32,000 nucleotides of DNA from Salmonella phage SenALZ1. The first letter of the stretch is position 1, and each line of letters opens with the position of its first letter. The position numbers and the translations under genes are program-made. Shown piece by piece: positions 1 to 6,881 of this stretch. The DNA lies in the sequence record MZ375357.1; one strand, written 5' to 3'. The notes below the pieces were generated by a model. That model saw only the letters and a program-made list of their open reading frames with translations. It was not told where the DNA came from and did no database searches.

Positions 1-1523
1 TTATCGTCGCGCATGTAGTAAGTGAAATCCACCTCGGCAGGAAGCGGTTTGAACCCCGTTATTTTCACAGAACCAGGTTTGATACTTCGTCCATAACTGA
101 ATGTGAAACTGTCTAAGACTCCATAATCAGGTTTGAAATGGCGTTTATAACCAACCGAAGTAATATTCGAGTTGATAGAACGCTCCATTTTTGTAATTGC
201 TTCCTGCAATATTTCTTTGTCAAACAATTGGTCAAATCCGCCGAGATTATTTTCACCCCATTTAACGATACTGTTTCCAACAACAACTTTCATCTGTTCT
301 TCAACGTAGACTGTAGAAGTAGGATCCCAAAATATAGTCGTTGAGACTTGGATATATGTGATCTCGGAATCTACCACTTTGGGGGTAATAGATCCCACAT
401 TATACTTGTCCAGAGCAGCAACGATATCGGCCTTCTCAGCGTCCGAAAGTGTCTCACCAACAGAAGGTATAACAGCGATGTAAACATAGCCAGAATCAGG
501 AGGAGACAGCGTGTCACCACCATATGATTTAGCTCGGGAGACGTTGGAGAATAACCTTTCAGTCAATACACCATAATCTGTTTCTGTAACCGCCGCACCA
601 TCAGCCTGATAAGCTAAAGGAGCCAACCGTTTAGTGTCCTCAATAGATTCCGGATCGTCTCCACCTGCGCTACGCTCGGAAACCAATTCTACATCGACCT
701 GGTTAAACCCGCCTATGGATGACGCTGATGACAGGCTTGTGATATCATTCCCATCAGCACCAGAAGTTTCCAAGTATTGAAGGAATATGACGTTCCCATC
801 TTCTACTCGACGCGAAAGATAACCATCTCCGAATTCAAACACATACAGACCATCAATACCCAATTCTACGAAATACAGGTAGGCATATTGGCTCAGATCA
901 AATGGACTGTTGTAACGTTGATATGTCGTCGAAACGTCGGAAGACTCTGATTCTTGTACTTGCACGACCATATGATTGATATCGACATTCCCAGAAGGAA
1001 TCGTATATGTTGAAATCGCGCTTCCTTCAACATCATATGTCTTGTACAACCAATTCCCCTGTACCAACTTTACATTGTTGAACATGTAATAACCGTCTGC
1101 AGTCAACGTTGCTGACACTGGTTTCTCAACAGTAAAGTTGTAGGAACTGCCGTCTTTTGCCCCAACGAACATTACGCGCCGATCCATGATGATCTCATTG
1201 GGGGCTGTGCTGGCGTCATAAGGCGTAACTTTGATGTTGACATACATGTATGCTGCCCGATAGTTGTCAGGCGTGTAGGAAAGAAATGCAGCAGATAATC
1301 CGACGTTTGAACGTTGATTTGCTGTCTTCAAATGGCCTTCACCATTAAGCATGTTTTGCATAAAGGCTATGGCGTTCGCGTCAGATGCCAACAAACGAAT
1401 AATCGCACTAAGACCAGAACCTTCAAAGTCATAATCTTTAAAGGTTGGATCAGCTTTCATTCGCTGTTTAATAATGTATTCAAATGCTCTGACGTCGAGT
1501 GAAGGAACTGTTTGCGTGGCCAT
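1..1523 (-). CDS. Baseplate wedge subunit, T4 gp6-like (3' end truncated by the window edge)
   Basis: Not in the ORF track. The minus strand reads MATQTVPSLDVRAFEYIIKQRMKADPTFKDYDFEGSGLSAIIRLLASDANAIAFMQNMLNGEGHLKTANQRSNVG... with internal GGDDPESIEDTKRLAPLAYQADGAAVTETDYGVLTERLF and ADIVAALDKYNVGSITPKVVD. These match the T4 gp6 landmarks (DYDFEGS, GGGDPEDIERIRELG, ATDYDTFVSERF, YNLAPITPSI). The frame is open to position 1, and there is a GGAG Shine-Dalgarno upstream of the ATG at 1523-1521. Confidence 0.85.
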   Translation of the reverse strand, partial: MATQTVPSLDVRAFEYIIKQRMKADPTFKDYDFEGSGLSAIIRLLASDANAIAFMQNMLNGEGHLKTANQRSNVGLSAAFLSYTPDNYRAAYMYVNIKVTPYDASTAPNEIIMDRRVMFVGAKDGSSYNFTVEKPVSATLTADGYYMFNNVKLVQGNWLYKTYDVEGSAISTYTIPSGNVDINHMVVQVQESESSDVSTTYQRYNSPFDLSQYAYLYFVELGIDGLYVFEFGDGYLSRRVEDGNVIFLQYLETSGADGNDITSLSSASSIGGFNQVDVELVSERSAGGDDPESIEDTKRLAPLAYQADGAAVTETDYGVLTERLFSNVSRAKSYGGDTLSPPDSGYVYIAVIPSVGETLSDAEKADIVAALDKYNVGSITPKVVDSEITYIQVSTTIFWDPTSTVYVEEQMKVVVGNSIVKWGENNLGGFDQLFDKEILQEAITKMERSINSNITSVGYKRHFKPDYGVLDSFTFSYGRSIKPGSVKITGFKPLPAEVDFTYYMRDD

Positions 1524-1886
1524 GATAATCTCCATCACCTGAGTTTGAATATGGTGTTGAAGATATTTAGCCAACGGGAATCAAAACGCTCGCGCGCGTT
1601 TAATTCATTCGAATATACTCGCGAGGGGGCTGACGCCCTCGCTCGTAACACCGCCTTGACAGGCAGTCCCATTCCGCAGCCATGGAGGCTGCTTCTCGTT
1701 GTTCGTTAACACTCACAACTCGAAGGGCACCGCGTTAAGATACAGTTTCTTGATGTTGTAGAAAAGTAGTTTTTACCTATTAATAATCACTGTCATTATT
1801 TTATTGGCCATTCCTGCGTTTATATTCAATAAACGTATCCCCAATATAATAATGGAGACATTTAATCAATTCGGTGAGGCTCCGGA

Positions 1887-2456
1887 ATGCACATTAACAC
1901 AGCAATCATGAAACACATTATTCCTTTATTGGCAAAATACGAAGGGGAACGCGCCACGAAAATCCCTTTTGGAACAATCACAGATGAAGTGAAACGCCTG
2001 ACAGGTAAAAGTATCAATTTCCGTCGCGTTGTTGAATCTGCGTTAGAGTTGGCCCGTTCTGATTTACAAAATCCAACATTTTCATTTAATATTGACGTAA
2101 CTTCTTCACTTCGACAAGAATTGGAAGAATCATCACAAGCGCGGCGCGATCGTTTCCGTCATTTATATGTTCGTAACGAATTCTCCGAAGGTCGTGTTGG
2201 TATGAAACTGGAGTCTATTCGTTCTGATATTTGCTTCACTGTCAACTATGTTTTAGAGCCAGAAAGCCAGCGCATTTATTTTGGCGCGATTATCGGTTTC
2301 TATGGGAACTCTATTAATGGTTGGGCAGAACGTGTTGGATTAAAAGAAACCCAGAACAATCATTCCACACCTTCTACCCATTATATGACGCATGAAGCTG
2401 CTGGCGAATATGTTTACCTTCTGCGTCGTGTTGTGAAGTTAGAAGTGTTAAAATAA
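1887..2456 (+). CDS. Hypothetical protein (189 aa)
   Basis: Complete ORF in the track; no family recognised. Confidence 0.6.
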   Translation: MHINTAIMKHIIPLLAKYEGERATKIPFGTITDEVKRLTGKSINFRRVVESALELARSDLQNPTFSFNIDVTSSLRQELEESSQARRDRFRHLYVRNEFSEGRVGMKLESIRSDICFTVNYVLEPESQRIYFGAIIGFYGNSINGWAERVGLKETQNNHSTPSTHYMTHEAAGEYVYLLRRVVKLEVLK

Positions 2457-2513
2457 CGCTTTATTCAATAAATAATTGTAGTAAAGTTAGTTGCATGGAA
2501 GGGAGGGAACACT

Positions 2514-2660
2514 ATGTTTTACATGATGTTACTCCTCATCCTCCTGATCGGGATTACCTGCTCTCTCCTGGGTCTACCCGATCAGTCCGGTAAACAGTTG
2601 CCCACTTCGGCGCATCCGGTTTTGAGTGAAGGTTCGTCCGCACTGCTGTGGGCAGTGTAG
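2514..2660 (+). CDS. Small membrane/secreted peptide (48 aa)
   Basis: Below the track cutoff. MFYMMLLLILLIGITCSLLGLPDQSGKQLPTSAHPVLSEGSSALLWAV*, with GGGAGG Shine-Dalgarno upstream and a hydrophobic N-terminus. Confidence 0.45.
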   Translation: MFYMMLLLILLIGITCSLLGLPDQSGKQLPTSAHPVLSEGSSALLWAV

Positions 2661-2668
2661 CTCAAAGG

Positions 2669-3183
2669 GGAGAGGACTTTTCAAATTAGCTGGGCTACGG
2701 TAAAGTATTAAACACGAGGGAAATAACACAGTGGGAGTCGGGTTTGCAGCCCAAAACCAGTTAACCCCTAGTCTCAGGGGCTTGTGTGAATAGAGGCGTA
2801 ATAGCCACCTCGCTGGTGTCAGTGGACGCACTTGACCGTCGGAGAACGAAACTCCCTGTTGTAGCGTGATTAGCTCAGAATCAGAGAGCACCCCGTTGGC
2901 AAGTCGACACCAACATATAAGGGGAGGTCGGGGGCGCTAATCTCCATCACGCCGACAACATTATGAGTCTTCCACAGAGGGTTCATAATGTTGCGTCAAA
3001 GGGCAACAAGGTTCCTGTTGGTTGAATTAACTTGATTCATAGTTCCTGCTGATCTTCCCGGATTCAGAAGAACACCGACAGGACGAGGCCGGATGCGTAA
3101 GTTCCGGCAAATCGATGGTGAGGTGGTGCATTGGTGACACGGGGTAGCGCCCAGAAGTGTGGTTCGATTCCACACCCTCTCCA
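2669..3183 (+). ncRNA. Structured RNA with tRNA-like 3' end (unknown class)
   Basis: GGAGAGG (2669-2675) complements CCTCTCC (3176-3182). T-arm-like GTGTGG-TTCGATT-CCACAC at 3157-3175. Internal helices include an 11-bp perfect hairpin 2956-2966/2983-2993 (CAACATTATGA/TCATAATGTTG) and GCCGGA...TCCGGC. No plausible ORF. Confidence 0.4.
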
Positions 3184-3237
3184 ACAAAAATAAAAGGTTT
3201 TATCAATAACGGGTTACAAAGTATAGTTAACTCACTG

Positions 3238-3596
3238 AACGGCAAGCTGTTTGAGTCCTGGCCACTCATAGCGATGTGAGACCAAGACAGGTAGGTTTAG
3301 GACTCAAACAGGTTTTCGTTCTCGTTGGATGCGACTTTGCGGGTTTTTAGAAACTGACCACAAAGATAAATGCAAACGATAACACGTTCCTGGCAGTAGC
3401 TTAACAGCCATACACCAGTGAGGTCTTCCGATTCCTCATCACCAAATTCGGCGCACTAAAATAGGCGGGAGGGTGTGATTAATAAGCTCCCGCCGAACAA
3501 TGAGCGGAGCGTGTACTTAATAGGTCGATGGGAGCAGACTACTTCTGAGAAATCAGGAGCGTACATGAGAAGGTTCGAGTCCTTCCTCCAATCCCA
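3238..3596 (+). ncRNA. ssrA: tmRNA-like (ssrA-like) RNA; putative tag ANDNTFLAVA (boundaries approximate)
   Basis: GCA AAC GAT AAC ACG TTC CTG GCA GTA GCT TAA at 3372-3404 reads ANDNTFLAVA*, close to bacterial tags ANDENYALAA and AANDNFAEEFAVAA. The preceding ATAAAT resembles the E. coli resume context. Potential PK1 helix CTTTG/CAAAG just upstream (3335-3339/3361-3365); GGCGGGAG...CTCCCGCC helix downstream; GAAA-capped hairpin CTTCTGA-GAAA-TCAGGAG; T-arm GAAGG-TTCGAGT-CCTTC at 3569-3585. The 5' acceptor strand is not securely identified. Confidence 0.6.
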
Positions 3597-3598
3597 AA

Positions 3599-3724
3599 GC
3601 CGTTATATCTGACTGTCCAAAGGGGATAAGCTCCTGAGTAAGCAGAGGTGGGTTGCCTAAGTCAGATGGGATGTAAGGTCAGCGCTGGCTAAGCATTTGG
3701 GTTCGACTCCCTAAAGCGGCTCCA
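3599..3724 (+). ncRNA. Non-canonical tRNA-like RNA with internal helical insertion and encoded CCA
   Basis: Acceptor-like GCCGTTA (3599-3605) / AAGCGGC (3714-3720), 6 of 7 pairs including one GU, followed by T then CCA (3722-3724). T-arm with TTCGACT loop but one stem mismatch. Internal perfect helix ATCTGACT (3607-3614)/AGTCAGAT (3660-3667). Length 126 nt with no normal D/anticodon arms. Confidence 0.4.
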
Positions 3725-4840
3725 CATCTTTGAGGGCATTCCGCGTCAGACGCGAGACTGTATGGAGTTTCAGGAGAAAGGCAACTTAAATCCGAGGCAG
3801 TAATGCCCTATGAAATAACGGAGCCTGTTGTACACTGAGTGCCCTCAAAGATGTGTCTCACAGCGCATCAGTTTGCAGTTATGCAAGCTTCAATAAGTTA
3901 AAACGCGCCTCGGGCGTTATGGGATAAAGCCTTAAACAGTGGAATCCCCAGGGCTAGCAATCCCTGTCAAAGAAGTAGCCGTGTGGGGGTTTGCCCCCAC
4001 AACGCAAATCGAAGTTCTTTGGGTATATCTTTTAACCCTCAAGGTCTGTACACAGAAGTGGCCGTCCCATGAGTAAGTTAGGCGATATACAACATGTTGG
4101 GTCGAACCTGTTAAGCCCAGAGAACTTCGATTTGCGTACTTGAGAGAGCGTTGTATGAAATAGGGCAATGCCTTGCAGACCTCGACGCCTACACATTCTA
4201 GACACTGGTGGGCGCTGGCGAAGATCTCAATATAAGCTGGTCATCAAGGGTAGCTCCCTGACCGGACGAACAATGAGAGGCCGAACTAAGGGGAAACCCG
4301 AGACAGGCGCAGTATTTTCAAGTTCGCAAAATGAAGAGCATTAAAGAACTCGCAAAGGACCTGAAAATTGGTATCCCTGGCTTGTACCACTGAGTGTTCT
4401 TCATCTTTGGGTGGTTCTATGTTGTCGGGCTATCAACCCATGCTTGCTGGAGCAACCAGCGGCTCTGAATCAACCAGCCAGCCTCGTTTGGTCCGAGCGT
4501 TAGAGGACAAGTTGCTTCTGTATGGAAGCTGCGAGTTGTAACATTTGGTTGCAACTTTGATGGCTCTGGATTTTATAAACCATGTCTATGGGTGACGCGG
4601 GATCTTTAGTACCAGAGCCATCAAAGTTGTGTCCAACCCGATCTTGCAAGCCCGTATCCCTGTATGGTCAAGACTTGCAAGTGGAAAGCCCTGGAAAAAT
4701 AAACGCCTGTGGCGAGGCTATGGTGCAAGCCAAAGACCCACAGAAGCGCATGTCGTGAGGCAGCACAAACAGGCATGCATGAACTGATCATGCACAAACG
4801 GGATAAAGGGTTGACAGTCCTTGGTTGGTACACAATAATT
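3725..4840 (+). ncRNA. Large structured non-coding region (one or more giant RNAs, class unknown)
   Basis: Perfect long helices: 3725-3738/3840-3853 (14 bp), 4002-4018/4121-4137 (17 bp) and 4552-4569/4612-4629 (18 bp), plus many short hairpins (GTGGGGG...CCCCCAC near 3983-4000, GCTGG-AGCAA-CCAGC, TGCATGA...TCATGCA). No convincing ORF. Confidence 0.5.
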
Positions 4841-4841
4841 T

Positions 4842-4918
4842 GGCCCTGTAGCTCAGTCGGTCAGAGCAGGCGACTCATAATCGCTTGGTCGCTGGTTCAA
4901 GTCCAGCCGGGGTCACCA
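4842..4918 (+). tRNA. tRNA-Ile2 (CAU anticodon)
   Basis: Complete cloverleaf GGCCCTG TA GCTC...GAGC A GGCGA CTCATAA TCGCT TGGTC GCTGG TTCAAGT CCAGC CGGGGTC A CCA. The body strongly resembles E. coli tRNA-Ile2(CAU) rather than elongator tRNA-Met. Confidence 0.9.
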
Positions 4919-4986
4919 TATTATGGTTGAATAAAATAAACGTTTGTTTCAATAAGTTTTATGCAGTATAGTTCTTTGTAAGGTGT

Positions 4987-5062
4987 GTGCCCTTGATCTA
5001 GCGGCTATGAGGTCGGTCTCCAAAACCGTACAACCCAGGTTCGAGTCCTGGAGGGCATGCCA
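4987..5062 (+). tRNA. tRNA-Trp (CCA)
   Basis: GTGCCCT/AGGGCAT acceptor (first pair GU), anticodon loop CTCCAAA, T-arm CCAGG-TTCGAGT-CCTGG, G + CCA. The D-arm is weakly paired. Confidence 0.8.
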
Positions 5063-5070
5063 AATATTCA

Positions 5071-5145
5071 GGTGCTTTAGCTAAATGGTGAAGCGGCGGA
5101 CTGTTAATCCGTGATAGCAAGGTTCGAGTCCTTGAGGCACCGCCA
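5071..5145 (+). tRNA. tRNA-Asn (GTT)
   Basis: GGTGCTT/AGGCACC acceptor, loop CTGTTAA, T-arm CAAGG-TTCGAGT-CCTTG, G + CCA. Confidence 0.92.
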
Positions 5146-5152
5146 GAATTAT

Positions 5153-5256
5153 GGGTGTGAACGAAAGTGAGTAGGCACGAAGTAAGCCAGTGACAGTTCC
5201 TCGGAACAGCTCCAGAGCCGAACGGAATCCGAAACCGACGAAAGTAGCACCCACCA
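5153..5256 (+). ncRNA. Non-canonical RNA with tRNA-like acceptor ends (A + CCA)
   Basis: GGGTGTG (5153-5159) pairs with AGCACCC (5246-5252) at 6 of 7 positions, followed by A and CCA (5254-5256). No T-arm or anticodon arm seen. Sits between tRNAs. Confidence 0.35.
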
Positions 5257-5261
5257 AATTT

Positions 5262-5397
5262 GGGTTCGCTCGTGTTTATAGAAACGTCGCGTTCATCGCA
5301 TGTACCGGAGCAGGGTTGTCACGGCTGTCCGGGTGCTCGAAAGACACGGTGATGGCGAGTTTGAAAATCTGTAGATGTGAGAAAAACGAACCCACCA
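5262..5397 (+). ncRNA. Non-canonical RNA with perfect 7-bp acceptor-like helix (A + CCA)
   Basis: GGGTTCG (5262-5268) and CGAACCC (5387-5393), followed by A and CCA (5395-5397). 136 nt with no canonical T-arm next to the acceptor strand. Confidence 0.45.
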
Positions 5398-5400
5398 AAT

Positions 5401-5484
5401 GTGAGTGTGGCAGAGCGGTCGAATGCAGGAGACTGTAAATCTCCCCGTAACAGCGCGGTGGTTCGAATCCATCCACTCACACCA
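5401..5484 (+). tRNA. tRNA-Tyr (GTA)
   Basis: GTGAGTG/CACTCAC acceptor, loop CTGTAAA, long variable arm, T-arm GGTGG-TTCGAAT-CCATC, A + CCA. Confidence 0.9.
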
Positions 5485-5702
5485 AACACGGTAAGCGTTG
5501 CAGCCAGCTGTGTAAAATGAGGGGACTCCACATCGGAAACGATGCCTCAACTACCAGAAATGGTTAGGCGCAAAGCCTGTAAAGTTCCAGGAGATCGAAC
5601 CAGAAGGCACTGGTCGCCAGTTAACCAATCGGCGCTGAGAAGCGCGGGGAGTTGGGCTACGGCAGATCAAATGCTCAATCGGGTGTGAAGCCCGTCCAAA
5701 TT
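5485..5702 (+). ncRNA. Structured intergenic RNA segment
   Basis: Hairpins TGAGG...CATCG-GAAA-CGATG...CCTCA, ACTGG-TCG-CCAGT, GCGC...GCGC and GGGCT...AGCCC. No ORF. Confidence 0.3.
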
Positions 5703-5797
5703 GGAAGGTTGCCCGAGAGGTTTAAGGGACTCGACTGCTAATCGAGTGGGGCTTTTAGCCCCCGAAGGTTCGAATCCTTCACCTTCACCTTCCGCCA
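5703..5797 (+). tRNA. tRNA-Ser (GCT) with an extra 6 nt (ACCTTC duplication) before the 3' acceptor strand
   Basis: GGAAGGT ... CTCGA CTGCTAA TCGAG, long variable arm, GAAGG TTCGAAT CCTTC, then ACCTTC-ACCTTCC-G-CCA. Confidence 0.8.
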
Positions 5798-5803
5798 AAT
5801 TAC

Positions 5804-5954
5804 GGGCGTGACTTCCTGAAGAGTTAGAAGATGTGCATGTCGACTCTCTCGTAATCGGGGTGTTTAGGAAGTTAAGAAAATCGCGGCGAGGATAGTGAAA
5901 TGCAAATAGCTTTCTCTACGTCGACGACTTCAGGTTCGACTCCTGACGCGCTCT
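5804..5954 (+). ncRNA. Non-canonical tRNA-like RNA with T-arm and internal helical insertion
   Basis: GGGCGTG (5804-5810)/CGCGCTC (5947-5953), 7 pairs including two GU. T-arm TCAGG-TTCGACT-CCTGA (5930-5946). Internal perfect helix ACTTCCT (5811-5817)/AGGAAGT (5866-5872) directly after the acceptor strand. Confidence 0.45.
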
Positions 5955-6011
5955 CCCATAGGGCAGTACCAGTGCAAGTGTGTAGTCTTTCAACCATCCC
6001 ATCGATGTGGT

Positions 6012-6042
6012 ATAGCCGGATAGGATATCCGGCTATCTTTTT
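6012..6042 (+). terminator. Rho-independent terminator at the end of the tRNA/ncRNA island
   Basis: ATAGCCGGATA-GGA-TATCCGGCTAT (11 bp) followed by CTTTTT. Confidence 0.85.
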
Positions 6043-6166
6043 ATCCCTGTCTTATTATCTTCTTATCGACCCAAGCATGTCCTCCTTTATCGTAGTTTGT
6101 TCAATGATACAAAGGGGGTTTAAAATTTAACCGTTAACCCCCTATCATAGATTTGAGGATACACTA

Positions 6167-6811
6167 ATGCGTAATGTTTCTATCTGGGAATTGAACGAAG
6201 TGATTTCCCATGACACCCCTCCAATTGTCAGACTCTTCCAATACAAGGGTGTCAAGCGTACTCTGAATGAGTTCCTGTCACCTGTTTACGTCTACCGTGA
6301 TGGCGGGTTCTTCCGCCGCGATAAAAACATCCCGAACCTTGGTATGACGTTTGATTTGAGTATCAAAGGCCAGGTTGTATTGATGGGCTATGGTAGCCTG
6401 GAACAATCTGAGAATGGTCAGGGCGCTCCGCTTATGGTCTTCGGTTCTTTTGAACAAGCCGTACACTGGCTGATCAGAAACGGATATGATTTCTATGGCG
6501 AAGAAAGCGCCAATTGGCGTCGTCGCAAGGTCAAGTCTGTTGATTTCTACGCAGAGCGCAAGAAATATCTGGATATCGCTCATCAGTATGAGCAGTCTAA
6601 GAAATCCGTTCTAATCAAACCATGCGTTACGGTCGGTGAAGAAGTGGGTGTCGTGGATAATTCCGATTTGAATCAGGCAATTAAATCTTTGAATCCAACT
6701 CCTCCGGCCAGTCGTGTTCTGAATGATCAGGGCGCTCCGGTAAAACAAAAGGTCAAGAAGCCGACTTTCATGGAAAACATGATGAAGTTCCTTCGTTTAT
6801 TCAAGAAATAA
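6167..6811 (+). CDS. Hypothetical protein (214 aa)
   Basis: Complete ORF with GAGG Shine-Dalgarno upstream. Confidence 0.75.
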   Translation: MRNVSIWELNEVISHDTPPIVRLFQYKGVKRTLNEFLSPVYVYRDGGFFRRDKNIPNLGMTFDLSIKGQVVLMGYGSLEQSENGQGAPLMVFGSFEQAVHWLIRNGYDFYGEESANWRRRKVKSVDFYAERKKYLDIAHQYEQSKKSVLIKPCVTVGEEVGVVDNSDLNQAIKSLNPTPPASRVLNDQGAPVKQKVKKPTFMENMMKFLRLFKK

Positions 6812-6881
6812 GCCGAGATTCTCCTTTTCTATACTCCTGTAGATACACTATGATAAGCCAATGTCTACAGGAGAAAATAGA

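Noticed and set aside
138-1502. Plus-strand ORFs 138-344 and 1314-1502
   Set aside because: Antisense to the gp6-like gene, which is open over the whole 1-1523 span.
3124-3183. Ordinary tRNA using the TTCGATT T-arm at 3163-3169
   Set aside because: No matching acceptor 5' strand or anticodon arm within normal tRNA distance; the only perfect 7-nt partner found is 2669-2675.
4811-4839. TTGACA-17 bp-AATAAT sigma70-like promoter before tRNA-Ile2
   Set aside because: The -10 box ends only 2 nt before the tRNA 5' end, so initiation would fall inside the tRNA. It could still drive downstream genes, but that needs TSS data.
3725-4840. Group I/II intron or RNase P RNA explanation for the large structured region
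   Set aside because: I saw no group II domain V-like sequence, no intron-encoded ORF, no split flanking gene and no RNase P conserved core. Not excluded; a cmsearch is needed.
2574-4930. ORF-track entries such as 2574-2891(-), 2996-3187(-), 3027-3269(-), 3932-4168(-), 4621-4833(-) and 4709-4930(+)
   Set aside because: They lie in heavily base-paired RNA sequence or overlap tRNAs, have low-complexity non-protein-like composition and lack convincing Shine-Dalgarno sites; most are antisense to the RNA island.
4987-5484. CRISPR-like array from repeated CCA/AATT spacing
   Set aside because: The repeated short strings are tRNA 3' ends and spacers, not regularly spaced direct repeats.
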